NCBI GenBank assembly: GCA_013239625.1
Contig: MU056050.1
Location: 366,504 to 430,503 of the forward strand
Direction of reading: 5' to 3'
From: Lama guanicoe
Taxonomy: Eukaryota
Length of the DNA stretch: 64,000 nt
The translations under genes were made by a program, and so were the position numbers. This document shows, in pieces, positions 13,458-26,279 of the stretch (the first letter of the stretch is position 1; each line of letters starts with the position of its first letter). Below the pieces are notes generated by a model. That model was not told the origin of the DNA. It did no database searches and saw only the letters and a list, made by a program, of their open reading frames with translations.

Positions 13458-13935
13458 GTTCCAGTTATCCGTTTCTGCACAGCACACAATCCCAAAGTTC
13501 AATGGCTTAAAACAGAAATGTTTAATAATAATAATAATTATTATATCTCATGATTATTTGGATCAGGAATTCAGACAAGGTACATCAGGGTTGGCTCATT
13601 TTGACTTCAGGATGTCTGGGGCCTCACCTGGGATGACTTGAATGGCTAAAATCTAGAATATTTGGGGGTGGGCTGGGCATCCTTTTCTTCAGACAGCCTC
13701 TCCACATGGCTAGCTTGGGTGTTCTCCCAGTGACAGACTCAGGGTAGGCAGACGTTACATGGTGCCTCAATGGTTCAGGAGTAAGTGTTCCAAGAGGCCC
13801 AGGTGGAATCTGCGAGGCTTCTTATGTCTTAGCCTCGTGAAGCCCAGAACATCACTACATCATTTCTGCTGCATTCTTTTGGTTAAGGAAGTCATGAAGA
13901 CCAGCCCAGATTCAAGGAGAGGAGAATTAAACTCC
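13458..13935. mobile_element. MaLR solo LTR (MLT1-like)
   Basis: ccagttatc...aatggcttaaaacag...ggatcaggaattcagacaagg...catttctgctgcattcttttggttaag...ccagcccagattcaagg. Confidence 0.65.
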
Positions 13936-15154
13936 AGAGACAGAGGAGGGGCGCCAAAAAATCAAGAAAGGAAAGGAATAATTGATAAGGCAAGGTTTCT
14001 GAGAAAATTGAAAGGCCTGAAATTCCAAGCGCAGGTGGAGAGATGAGTCTCGGAAGGTGGGATAGCTCTTCTATTGCTATAGGAATGAGAAAAGTTAAAT
14101 GGAATGGGATGGGGGTAGACAGTTGGAAGACATACATTTGGTACCAGGCAGATAAAGGCAATCCCACCTTCCTTTCCATTTCATATGTAAAGTAGGATGT
14201 TATGGTTGGGGGAGGGGTGGCAAAAATTTGAAAAAAGTGGAGAAAGTTTGAAATAGTTCAGAATAACTTGACAAGAGATAAGTATTGGGATTGCTGCACC
14301 TACTTTCAGGCATATTTGAAGTAAAATATTACTCTCAGAAATCAACAGATCATGTGGATAAGTAAGGATACAGAGAAGTTCATAACACTACTTAAGGTTG
14401 TATATGTATATATGAGATCACTCTGTATGAACATAGAATGTATTTTCTTTGCAAATACCCATAGAACATTTTAAAAATGACTCATTTATTAGTCTTCCAT
14501 GAGTCAAAGATAATGATTAATTTAATTCTATTCATCCAGGACTAATAAAAAAAAGACTGAGAAGCAATGCTTAGCATGCTTGTGGAATAGTAGGAAGGCC
14601 AATGTGGCTGGAGGAGAGTGAGGGATAGGGACAGAAACAGGAGATGAGGTGGAGGGGTGGATGGGGGCCAGACCATGTAGGGCCTTTAGGGCAGGGTGAG
14701 GACCTTGTATCTTATTATAACTGAGATGGGAAACCACTGGGGGTTTTGAGCATGGGAGTTACATGATCTGACTTATGTTTTAAAAGGTTCATCCTACCTG
14801 CTGCGTAAAAAATAGACTGTAAGGGGGCAGGCATGAGAGTGAAAGCAAGAAGGCAATTAAGTAAGAGGAGAGCTTGATAGTCAAGGTGAGAGATGATAGT
14901 GAATTTAACTAGAGTCATACTGCTGGAGGTGTTGTGAGAAGTGATCAGATTTGGATGTATTTTGAAAGTAAAGGTGATAGTATTTGCTGATGGACTAGAC
15001 AAAGGATGTGAGAAGAAGAGAGAGGAAGAGAGGGCTTCAAGGATATTTGATCCAAGAAAATAGGTGGATGAAATTTCCATTTAGTGAGATGAGGAAGACT
15101 GCATGTTGAGGAAGGGGCTGAAATCAAGAATTTTGTTTCGATTTAATTAATTCT

Positions 15155-15440
15155 TATTTTTATTGAGGTGTAGTCGATTTACAATGTTAGTTTCAGGTGT
15201 ACAGCAAAGCAATTCAGTTATACATATACATACATACATATATATTTTTCAGATTCTTTTCCATTCCAGCTCATTACAAGAAATTGAATATAGTTCCCTG
15301 TGCTATACAGTAGGTCCTTGTTATCTATTTTATATACAGTAAAGTGTATCTATTAATCTCAAACTCCTAATCTATTCCTCCCTCTGCCTTTCCCCAGCTA
15401 GTAACCACAGTTTGTTTCTTATGTCCATGAGTCTATTTCT
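15155..15440 (-). mobile_element. L1 3' end fragment
   Basis: tttttattgaggtgtagtcgatttacaatg...tatagttccctgtgctatacagtaggtccttg. Confidence 0.75.
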
Positions 15441-16089
15441 ACCAGTGTGGATAATGATAGCTTGAACCAGGACGGTGAATATAAGTATCCATATGTGCTA
15501 ATGGCTGCTGTTTTGGACAGCACAGATTATAGCCTATTTCCATCATTGCAGAAAGTTCTGTTGGACAGCACTGGTCTAGGAATATATAATATGATTGTCA
15601 GGCAGCATTAAGGGCCCACTTAAGATTAGTGATCATGAATTTAAAATGAAGCCAGTAGCGTGTGGTTGCATGTTTTCCTCCAGCCACATTCAACTGTCTG
15701 GATCTAGGGACAGAGTTAGATTTAACCTGGGTCAGTTTTTGCCAAATAGGTATATCAAGGTGAGAGGAGGAAAGAGACTTGAGGGTATATGGAATGGAGT
15801 GGTTTATAATGATTGACCAGGGACTGTAAGCTGGGTAAGGTGGAAAGTCAGAGGCTGAGGGACAGGGAGCAGTTGGTAAGAGCAATAGATTGGAGGTTCG
15901 AGTTGGGGTGAAGGAAAATTGGAGTCAGATACAATATATATGCAAACATACCAAAAAATTTCTGTAAGAATTCACACAAAAATTATCACCAGTTACTACC
16001 TATGAGGAGGAAGGGAAGGAAGAAAGGGAGGCACTGAGGAAAGCAGGGCAGGCCCGGGCAGGGCAGGGCAGGGGAACTTTTAAGTGCTG

Positions 16090-16335
16090 TGATTTAGAGA
16101 GCAGAGTTGTGAATACTTGGGTTCAGATCCAAAGTCTGGTACTTCATAGCTTGGTAATCTTGGGCAAGTTATTTCACCTCCTTTTCCCTCAGTTTCTTCA
16201 TCTACAAAATGGAAATAATAATAATATCTGCTTCATAAAGTCACTCTGAGAATTAAATGACTTAGTACATGAAAGCACTTGCAACAGTGCCCGGCATAGA
16301 GTATGTAGTCAGTGGACGCTGGCTATGATTACTGT
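16090..16335 (+). mobile_element. MIR SINE
   Basis: gggttcagatcc...cttgggcaagttatttcacctc...ctcagtttcttcatctacaaaatgg...gagaattaaatga. Confidence 0.8.
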
Positions 16336-16991
16336 CATTATACTTCCATGTTGCTTGAATGTTATACGATGTGGGCATATTCATGTATTTCCTTTGAAAA
16401 AGCTGAGAGGAAGAAGCCAGTGGAGAGGGAGACATTGAGGATATAGGAGAGAGTTAATGATAGATTAAGGTTATTGAGGACCCATACACAAAAGGGATCT
16501 GGAACACAGGTGGAGGACTTACACCTAGATTGGAAGAGGGCTTTTTCTCATTTTAACAGTAGAAGGATGGCTGTGAATATATTCCTAGTCTGGTAGTAGT
16601 AGGTAGTAGGAAGTTGGTTTCCTATATGGAGATTTCTATCTTATCTTTAAGAGGTGAGTTATTTGGTAGATTGAAGGGGCTGTTGACAGGTCGGAGTTGT
16701 GAGAAGAGTGGAGAAGCTTTGAAAGGATCACTGGGGAGAATGAGAGAGTGCCCTGAAAACATGGAAGGATTCCCCAGGAGTATTGAAGGTCCACTTGAGA
16801 CTGCAGACCACAAAGGCAGAGAAGTACCAATTTATTTAACTGTATGATTTTCTCTTGCAGTGTTCAACGACTCTAGGTTGGAGAGGGAAAGCTGTGAACT
16901 AGATGCCAAGATCTTCAGCAAATGAGTAGAGGACAGCAAAGAGGAGGTTGAGGTGGAACCAGATGGGATGAAACTCAAAGGAAGAATCAGG

Positions 16992-17028
16992 TGTTTTGTT
17001 TTGTTTTGTTTTGTTTTGTTTTGTTTTT
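16992..17028. repeat. (TGTTT)n microsatellite
   Basis: Visible pentanucleotide run. Confidence 0.9.
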
Positions 17029-19893
17029 ACCTGAGGGTGAAGGAGCAATTGTCTGGAAGTTGCAGTGTGGCCAGAAGGGGATGCCCACGTCACCTCCTGA
17101 CTTCTGCAGTACATGCAGTGTCTTGGTGTAAATCACTTTCAGTTGAAAGGGCTGCAAGGGAAGCTCTATCCTCAGGGGAAAGTCAGGAATACCAGTGGAC
17201 ATTCAGGGGTGGGTTGGAGGACGATAGGAGAGTTTGTGAATCATGCAGTGGTGTTCCAGGGATGCATAACAGAAGCACCTGGAAGTTAAGGTAGAAATGA
17301 GAGGTCAGGTGGGGGGAGAAGAAGCACAGAGGAATATGGGGATGAGGTTAGAGGAGAGCAATCACAGTAGCGATATAATAGTAGCAATATAATAATAACA
17401 ATAATAATAATTTAACAATGCATCATATGGATCATCTCTTGTAATCCTCATAACAACCTCATAAAGTAGAGCCTTTATTCTACAGTTGAGAAGACAGGCA
17501 GAAGAGATTAAGTGACTTGCCCAAGGTCACACAGCGAGTGAATCGAACCAGGTGCTTACATATTGGGTGATGACAAAGGAAAACGGGGACATGAGTGAGG
17601 CCCGGTTTGGCAAGTTTGGCAAGATGGTTAGCCCTGACAGGCTTCTGATAAATAGGAGGCTCTCAGATCTCTCCGGTTTCAGGTGGATTTGAGACTGGAG
17701 GTGGGAGCTGCTGCTTTGTTGGTGTTCCTTATATCGCTCCATGTGGAAGGATCCAGGCAGTGGCTGGACCAAGATGTTCTCTCACCTGTGCTCTGCAGAG
17801 TGATTGGTGGTGGGGGTAGTGGTGTGATTATTAGGTATGCCTTGCCTTTGTGGGCGATATAAAGCCAGGCTGCAGGTGTAAGGTTGAGAGGCAGTTTGTG
17901 GGAAAAATGACCTTAATGGAAGACTTCACAGGCTGTGAATTCTGAGAGACCTGAGGCCCAGCAGGGGTCTTTCTGTGAAGGCAGCTCCTCCAGCTTCAAA
18001 GCTGTGGCCTGGCTCCTAAAGAAACCTTTCTTTACTGGACACTGAAGGGTTTTCGTGCCATGCTTATTGCTCAAGGAAGCTTATGAAGAAGAAAAGGAGA
18101 CCTTACTGCATACTTCCTTGGGCAGCATTTTAGAGCCTCATGTCAAGATGTTCACATAAAGTCCTTTCAAAATTCTAAGGTGGCAAGTACAATCATTAAA
18201 CATTTAAAGCTTATTATAGTAGGTTACTTATTATAGTAAAATGTATGCTAGACTTGGGTTTCCTGTGTTCTGTGCTGCATGTACATTGAGGACCCTTGTA
18301 AAATGCACAGAACGTTTATGCACAAATTATAGTACAGACAGCATATATGTCTACAACATAAAGGACCTTTATAATTATTGCATGAATAAATGAAGTTCCT
18401 TGTTTTGGTTTTTGAAGAGATTTATTTTGAGGTATTCTTTTATGATATATTGTTTGTTGTAGCAACAATTTATTTGAAGATGAGTTCTGTCAGGAGCAAA
18501 TCCCCATTAATAGACTTGGGGAAACAATCTGCTTTATAATGATCTCATTTACAATGCAAAACCAGAAACACACTGCAATGAAAAGTGGGCCCTACTTACG
18601 TATCTGTGTAGGTGGGTTATGAATAAAGGTATTAGTGCACACAAACAAAACTAAATACCTCCCTCATTAATACTAATGACCTCACTTGGCATTTGTCATA
18701 ATTCAGATTCAGTTTCTGTGATTATCAGAGTATATGAAAGTGGATTAAAATATGTATGCACATGTATCTATCTATTCCCAAGCATGTGTGATTTGTCATA
18801 GTTAAGATAGAGTATATAATACTTATAGAATTAAAAGTTAGCCATTATTTCTAGCACTGCAAATAGCATAATACTTTTCAAAAAAAATACTTTTTAATAA
18901 GTCTAAAATTAGTAGGTTCCTCAAAAAGTGCAAGAAATTAGGAAGTCCATCTAGGTTTTATTAATTTAGGGGGTCCATCAAGTTAAATTGTATTTACTAG
19001 TGGGATATATAGTTATCTTTATGGTGTTACTATGTATAGATTGAATACAAATTACCTATTTTCACCTACCTCAAACCGCTTAACATGAATTGCTTATGGC
19101 TGTTACTATGTATTTATTGTTACATGGCAGGCTCCCAGGGTGATGTGAGAGTTGCCAGGAGAGGAAAGCTCTCCTGTTTCATAAGAAGCCTAACAGTGTA
19201 GTACTAACTACAGCCTGGGGTTTGGGCTTCAGTTTCGCATGTTCATAAACAATATTTTAAACGTTACAGAGTTGATTGATGTTGGGAATGCGGATTCATG
19301 CTCGGGACGTTCACAAGAGACTGATGTATAAAACAGAATGCCATTTTATTAACTTACAAAGACAAACAATTGTTCACGAGGATGTAATTTGAAAATTGCA
19401 AATTCCTTCTGGGCAGATCTTTGTGGGGAGCTAAATTATAATCAGAATATTGTTGCTACCATAGAATCAAGGCAAGATGACTTAGTCGTACAATTCAAAC
19501 ACATAATATCGTTTACTATGATTGCTCCAAGCACCCATCTCCCCAATATAGACTAGAGCATTTGCTCCTTGGAGAGACTGGTGTATTTGTTTTACAGATC
19601 AGTGCACACCCACCCCACAGCCTGGGTAGTGCCTGTTTAGGTTTTGTATTTTTCTATGCTTTCTTTGCTGATCAAACCCTTTATTCACTCTCCTATAAAA
19701 ATAAGTAAAAACGTGTTTCTTTAGCTGTTATCTCTCCAATCAGAGTAGTCTAGTATTGATCACCTAGAGGCAATTCTATCATTCAAGGTAAGTACCTCTC
19801 TTCATTTATAGCTCAACTTATAGCTATGTGGTGAGGCAGGGGACCACAACCTAGTGAATAATTCTATGGGGGCACCTCACTGTGGCCAGCGAA

Positions 19894-20084
19894 TACGGTT
19901 GACAGATTAAAATACAGGACGCCCAATTAAATTCAGGCAGCAAATTTTTTTTAAGTATAAGTGTGTCCCAAATATTGGTTGAGGTATAGTTATGCTAAAA
20001 AAAGAAGTATTCATTGTTTATCTGAAATCCTTATTTTCTGTGCAGGGTGTCCTGTATTTTCACTTGCTAAACTTGGCAAGCCCA
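19894..20084. mobile_element. MER53-like palindromic hAT MITE upstream of the MCTS1 promoter
   Basis: Inverted arms ggttgacaga..aaatacaggacgccc / gggtgtcctgtattt..cttggcaagccc around the core agtataagtgtgtcccaaatatt. Confidence 0.65.
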
Positions 20085-20269
20085 CGAGAACATTAACATG
20101 ACGTCTGCCTAGGTTCACGCTGTAAGCACCAATCCATTCAGTTGTCTGAGGGAACAAAATCCATTCCCACTAAAACATTGTCTAAGTTAACAGTAGGGAG
20201 CAACGAAACACGAGAGAATCTTGACCCTTTGAGGAGCCCGTAGTGACGCAACAGCTTTAAACACTGCCT

Positions 20270-20610
20270 TGCTTGATTGCCCCGCCCCCTCCATTCTTCT
20301 CTTCCTGGTACTAGAATGATGGCTCTATCTCTTCCTTCTCAAGTCCCGCCCTTTTAGCTACCCGTTCTGGATAGGGATCGGTAACCCAAAAAGGGCCGGC
20401 AAAACCGCCGACGTGTTTAGAGGAGCGGAAGTAGTCAAATTTCACTGAGAACCGTAAAGTGCGGCCGGCTGTCTCCCTTTCCGGAGAACGACAACTGCTC
20501 CGACTGTCAGTGCCGGCCTTACTCGTGTAAGGGGATCTGCCGGCCCCTTTCTAATTCAGTTTTTCCCCATTTCAGGCCCTTCCCTATCGTCACCCCCTTC
20601 ACCTTGGATC
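20270..20610 (+). promoter_or_regulatory. MCTS1: MCTS1 CpG-rich promoter and 5'UTR
   Basis: GC boxes (ccccgccccc near 20280, gtcccgccc near 20343), ETS/GABP motif gcggaagt at 20425-20432, CpG enrichment directly upstream of the ATG at 20611. Confidence 0.75.
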
Positions 20611-20621
20611 ATGTTCAAGAA
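20611..20621 (+). CDS. MCTS1: MCTS1 coding exon 1 (MFKK)
   Basis: ATG TTC AAG AA|gtaagg; phase fits exon 2. The six exons sum to 546 nt = 181 aa + stop. Confidence 0.95.
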
Positions 20622-21233
20622 GTAAGGACATGCTGTGGCCTCCATCGGCTGCTCACAAAAACGGTGGGGGTGGGGGTGGGGAAGAGGGCGAGAGCAAAGA
20701 TCCTCTTTCTCTCTGCCCCGACCCTGCCATCCTTACTTCCCTAAGGTTTTCTATAGTACTACGCTCTCACTCGCAACTTGGCAATACTTTTTTAAGCTTT
20801 TCAACCCTAATCCTCAATCGGGTTTCGGTCTTCCCACTCTCATTTTCTTTCTCCTTACTACTCTTTCTCTTTTGCCCCCTCTCCCTATCCTATCTGCATT
20901 GCTAGGGTTTTACCAATCACATCCTTGCTCAGTGATTTGGGGGCATATCCTCTTTATCTGAGAGGCGAGTGCTGCACTCACTGCCATGTGGTTATTAGTT
21001 ATGAACTGAATAAGGGAAGGCTTGACTTCCTGGGTCATGGGAGTGAAGGAGTCTGGGTGACAGGAAGCAAGCGGCCTGTCATACCTATTGCCTAGCTGCC
21101 AGATTAACCTTGTCTTGAAAATCGCGTGATTCCTCCATAGGCTATTCAGTGTAAGGAAGACAAAAATTCTTTGGGAACCTACCTAGTGGGTTTGCCTTCC
21201 AGATTTAGTAGACGCCAAAGACAAAGGGGGAAC

Positions 21234-21247
21234 ATGGGCAAAGGAAG
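21234..21247 (+). CDS. MCTS1: MCTS1 alternative coding exon 1 (MGKGR isoform)
   Basis: ATG GGC AAA GGA AG|gtgggt, same phase as exon 1a; gives the [13 protein letters not shown]-terminus recalled for mammalian MCTS1 isoform 2. Confidence 0.8.
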
Positions 21248-21658
21248 GTGGGTTTTGTGCATGACATTTTGAGCAAAAATAAATAGGTATCTTAAATACC
21301 ATCATCGTCATCACATAAAAAAAAATCTCAGTAGATTACATAGCCTAGAAGAGGCCGATTTTCTGTGTTCTATTTGGGTTGGTCTTTTGTATCTCAACGC
21401 TTTAGGGTATTTTTGTTTTGTTTTGTATTGCTTTTATTTTTTCACACAGGTTTTGTTATAGGTAGGAATGTGTTTCTTCCTGGGTAGAACTGAGTTAAGA
21501 TTTTCCAGGAAAGGCATATGTGTAGCTGATTACAGATTATACTGTGAAATATGCCTCATATCCTCCCCTTGCTAATTCTGTATATATGACAGTTTATTTT
21601 AATATTGTATTAAGACATTGGTTTTGTGCTGGACAGAATAAAAGGGGAATAGTATTTT

Positions 21659-21821
21659 TTAAACATATTTTTTAACTTAAAAATCTTTTTTTGTTGTTGT
21701 TTGGGGGGGGCAATTAGGTTTATTTATGTATTTATATAATGGAGGTACTGAGGATTGACCCCAGGACCTCGTGCATGCTAGGCATGCAGTCTGCCACTGA
21801 GCTATAACCCCCTCCTCCCCC
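21659..21821 (-). mobile_element. tRNA-Ala-derived SINE (camelid Vic-1-like) in MCTS1 intron 1
   Basis: Minus strand GGGGGTTATAGCTCAGTGGCAGACTGCATGCCTAGCATGCACGAGGTCCTGGGGTCAATCCTCAGTACCTCCA with A/B boxes and an A-rich tail; TSD gggaatagtatttt (21645-21658) / gggagtagtatttt (21822-21835). Confidence 0.8.
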
Positions 21822-21936
21822 GGGAGTAGTATTTTAAAAAACAATTTATTTCATAAAAATTTAACAAGACCTTTAGCTATTCTGTTACGTTTTCTTAGAA
21901 ATACCCTTTTTTTTCCTTGCAAAAATCATTTGGCAG

Positions 21937-22089
21937 ATTTGATGAAAAAGAAAATGTGTCCAACTGCATCCAATTGAAAACTTCAGTTATAAAGGGTATT
22001 AAGAACCAATTGATAGAGCAATTTCCAGATATTGAACCATGGCTTAATCAAATCATGCCTAAGAAAGATCCTGTCAAAATAGTGCGATG
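21937..22089 (+). CDS. MCTS1: MCTS1 exon 2
   Basis: cag|A TTT GAT GAA...[52 protein letters not shown]|gtaagt, 153 nt. Confidence 0.97.
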
Positions 22090-22620
22090 GTAAGTCTTTT
22101 TTTTTTTTCTGTGTAAAGCTCAGAGTAGCTGACTATGATTAGATTGCACTCATAATAAATGTAATTATTTTCACATTAACTTTATCTACTTTAAACGAGT
22201 AACTAAAGCTTATGAATATTTGTATTTTCAGATTTTTTTATGTTTGTGAACAATGTGGCTTTGTGTACTGATTGTTTTATTAAAGAGTTAATTCAATGTT
22301 TTCATTCAGAGTTGGATTTCTTTTGGTTTGTGCTTTAGAGATTTCTTTTATTAATTATCTAACAATAAAGTTAAAATAATGAAATGTGAAATAAAATTGT
22401 AGCAAGTCATATTTTTCTTTTTTTGTTTACTGGACTAGTAAGATAGATAAAACAGTTTAAACTGTTTTTTTTTAGCCTCTATCTATTAAAAAAATTTTTA
22501 AAAAGCTACACTTTCTCTGTATATGCATGTTTCATATTATACATTACTTAAAGGATGTTTGGCATATTCATTTTTGAAAGAAAATATCTAATTTGGTACT
22601 TTGTGACATTTGTCTTACAG

Positions 22621-22718
22621 CCATGAACATATAGAAATCCTTACAGTAAATGGAGAGTTACTATTTTTTAGACAAAGAGAAGGGCCTTTTTATCCAACCC
22701 TAAGATTACTTCACAAAT
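22621..22718 (+). CDS. MCTS1: MCTS1 exon 3
   Basis: ttacag|C CAT GAA...[33 protein letters not shown]|gtaagt, 98 nt. Confidence 0.97.
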
Positions 22719-25480
22719 GTAAGTCTTGATAGAAAATATGTATTTGGGGATATAGAAAGGCACAAAAGGAGTTGAACATGACTTCTGGTAGTTAACTTAT
22801 TTATGAGTACTAGGTTACATGGAATATAAAACTAAAATGAATCCCCCTCCCCATCTTGTGGCAAATCTGAAAAATACAGATTCTCTCATTATGCATTCCA
22901 GAAAGCTCAAGGAAGAGCATTCATTCATTCATTCATTCATTCAACAAATATTTTTTGAACCTTGTGCCAGGCACTGAGCTAGGTCTTGAGAATGTGATAG
23001 GAAGCAAAGACAGACATGATCCCTGTCCTAAGAAGCTAATAGTCAAGTTGGAAGAATAGAGAACAATTAGATGATTACACAAATATAAATTCACAAACTG
23101 TGATAAGTGCTGTGAACATTTTCTTTTAAATTTGTTTCCAGATTTGCCTCACAGAGATAATTCTATCTAAGGGAAAGTATGGGCTAATTGTGGGAGTCCT
23201 AGTTATTGTTAGTTGAGTGCCATGTTCGGGTATTAAGAAACAAAATAATGTTTATTACATACCCACATTTGCATGTTGTTAGATTGAGTACATTACAAAA
23301 GAAAACCCAAAAGAAGATGCAGTCCCGATGCATGAGAAATTTTCAACTGAAGTAAAATTTCTGCCTTTCAAGTCAGTATGTATCTGGCACGTGTGCTTAT
23401 TTATGGTGAAGCATTATTTCTGAAATGTCAAATAGTAGAAGAAAAAAAGGCGTGTGCATAAATAGAAAGAGATAAAGCAAATACAGCAAAGTGTTAATGA
23501 ACAATTGTTGAATCTAAGACGGTGTCCTGGTGTTTGTTGAACTATTCTTCCAGTTTTTCTATATGTTAAGCATTTTTACAATAAGTTGGAAGAAAAAGAT
23601 GTTCCTATTTAATAATATTTTGCTGGGAACCAACCTTTTAGAACATCTTAAAGTTATTCTTGTGCAGGAAACAGGATAATATAGTGGTTAAAAATGTGAA
23701 CTTGGAGTTAGGCAGATCTGGGCTCAATTCTCAGTACAAGTCACTTTTATCAAATCACTTAACCTGTTTAAGTCTTGTTTCCTTATCTTTAAAAATGGAG
23801 ACAATTATATATTACATCTCCCCTGGTTGTAAGGCTTAAATGAGTTAGTAACACACGTATAATGCACCTAACAATGCCTGGAACATAGTAAGTGCTCAAC
23901 ATACCATAGCCATTATTACAATGTAGCTATTCAATAAATGACCACTACTACTACTTATCGTCATTGTCATGGTCAGGGTCATTGTCATCATTATCATCAT
24001 CATTATTATTAAAGGGCAGATATTAAAGTGGATGGAGATCTAGAAAAAATTATGGCTTTTAAGCACATTCATTCATTCACATTTCTTTCTTCCAGTGAGA
24101 TGTTTAGTTTCTAGTATTGATAGGAAAAAGACTTATTTGTTCTCTGACTAGTGGAAGGGCTAGTGATAAGACATTAAAGTGAATACATTTTACCAATTAT
24201 TGTTATTCCTAGAGAGCCCTGAGAGGCCAAAAAGTTTTTCTCACAGTTATTGTTTTAAATCTTTCAGAGATTATTTAATTGTTAGGTTATAAATTATTAG
24301 TAAACACACAAATACATTTTTTAAGATTATGAAAGGAAAGGAATGCATGTTCATTCTAGAGATTTGGAAAATACAGAAATAAAATCACCTGTATTCCCAT
24401 GACATAGAGATAACCATCCTTAGTATGTCAGTGTGCTTCCAGTTATTTCCTGTATTGTGTGTGTATGTCTGTGTGTGTGCAGATATGTAAATGTGTAATT
24501 TTTTCCTTTTTAAATTGGGCTCTTTGTTATATAGTTTTTTTTTAATTAGTTGACTTTTTTAGAGTAGTTTTAGGTTTACAGAAAAAAAAATGAACAGAGG
24601 GTACAGAGTTCCCATATACTTCCTTCCTATGCCTCCCTTATTATTAACATCCTGCATTGGTGTGCTTCATTTTTTATAATTGATGAACCAATATTGATAC
24701 ATTATTATAATTAACCAAAGTCCATAGTTACATTAGGGTTCATTCTTTGTGTTGTACATTCTGTGGGTTTTGTCAATTGCGTAATGTCATGTATGCACTG
24801 TTATAGTATCTTACACAGTAGTTTCACTGCTCCAAAAATCCTCTGTGCTCTACCTATTTATCCCTCCCACCTCCCCCTCTCCTCCAGCCCTTAGCAACCA
24901 CTGATCTTTTTGGCAGTTCTTTATTCTGCTTTTTTCACTTAAGATATATTATGAACACTTCTTGGGGTATTACATATTCTCCAAACATGGTTCTATTCTA
25001 TAGATATTTTTAGATATACTGTAAGTCATTTAGCTCTTACTTTATTATTGGACCTTTAGGTTGATTCCACTTTATTTCTATTATAAATATTAGTGCTGTA
25101 ATGATTATCTTTCTACCTAAATATATTGTACATCTCTCATTTTTTTCTTAGGATAAAGTCCTAAAAGTAGAATTACTGAGTCAAAGAGTTTGACCTTTTC
25201 AAGACTCTTGGTACATGTTGCCAAGTAGTCCTAAAGAAAGGTTGTACCCATTTATAAGCCTTCTAGTAGTATATGGGAAAGTCAATTTTCCTACACTCTT
25301 TGGTAGCATCAGAAATTACTTAAAAATATATATCAATTTGATAAGTGAAGGAGGGTGTTTCAGTTTCATTTTACATCCATCAGAGTACTGCAGTTTGGGG
25401 AAATATTTGTTGATGTCCTTTGCTTTTCCTGTTGAGTCATTAGTCTTATTAACTTATATAATGTATTTCTTTTCTTCTAG

Positions 25481-25614
25481 ATCCTTTTATCCTGCCACAC
25501 CAGCAGGTTGATAAGGGAGCCATCAAATTTGTACTCAGTGGAGCAAATATCATGTGTCCAGGCTTAACTTCTCCTGGAGCTAAACTTTACCCTGCTGCAG
25601 TAGATACGATTGTT
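25481..25614 (+). CDS. MCTS1: MCTS1 exon 4 (start of PUA domain)
   Basis: ttctag|AT CCT...[44 protein letters not shown]|gtatcctt, 134 nt. Confidence 0.97.
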
Positions 25615-26279
25615 GTATCCTTCCCAGGCTGTAACTGTTGAAAAAATGTGTTCATTGTATTCTTGTTATTACTGAAAGATCTACCATCTGAGAGAACATT
25701 AGATGTACTTTTTTGGAGATTACTGTTACTGTTGTCTCATGCTTTTTTGGTTACATTTGAAGATGTGGGAAGCAACATTATTTCTTGAGGCTAAATTATG
25801 TCCCATTTTAGAAGCTAAATGAGAACAAGTAATGAAAGGGTCCCAGCTACATTTCAGCTCAGTTAGGCCCAATGTTATTAGACGCAGTATCCAGTATAAA
25901 ACTATTGATTATTAATGGAGAGGATATATATATGATGTGATTGGATCTCTTATTTGGACATCATATTGCTACTTTTACGTTTGACTTACCCTAGATACAC
26001 TGGAGTAAAAGCACTCAAAAGGGAAAAGATCTTAGGCACCAGGTAGAATGTTAGAAGTGAGTAGTAGGAAATATTGGCAATCCCCAACTTTTATTTTAAA
26101 ATAAAAGTTCATTTTTAAGTTGGCTGTTTGGGCCTCAGAATATGTTTTCTCAAGGAGAAATGTTAAAGCTGCAGACAGTCCTTAAGGATCTATTCAGCTC
26201 ATGATGTAGCTGAATAATTCTGCATTATTTCTATTTCTGCAGTGCTGTTTCAGTTATATTCTAGATTAAATAGTTTTTT

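Noticed and set aside
12121..15885. Cluster of 60-140 aa ORFs
   Set aside because: They fall within L2/MaLR remnants, with no coherent exon structure or homology.
5990..20270. Shared bidirectional CUL4B/MCTS1 promoter
   Set aside because: The genes are divergent, but about 14 kb of repeat-rich DNA separates their promoter regions.
25215..25511. 98-aa ORF overlapping MCTS1 exon 4
   Set aside because: Intronic, old-repeat-like sequence running into the exon in a different frame.
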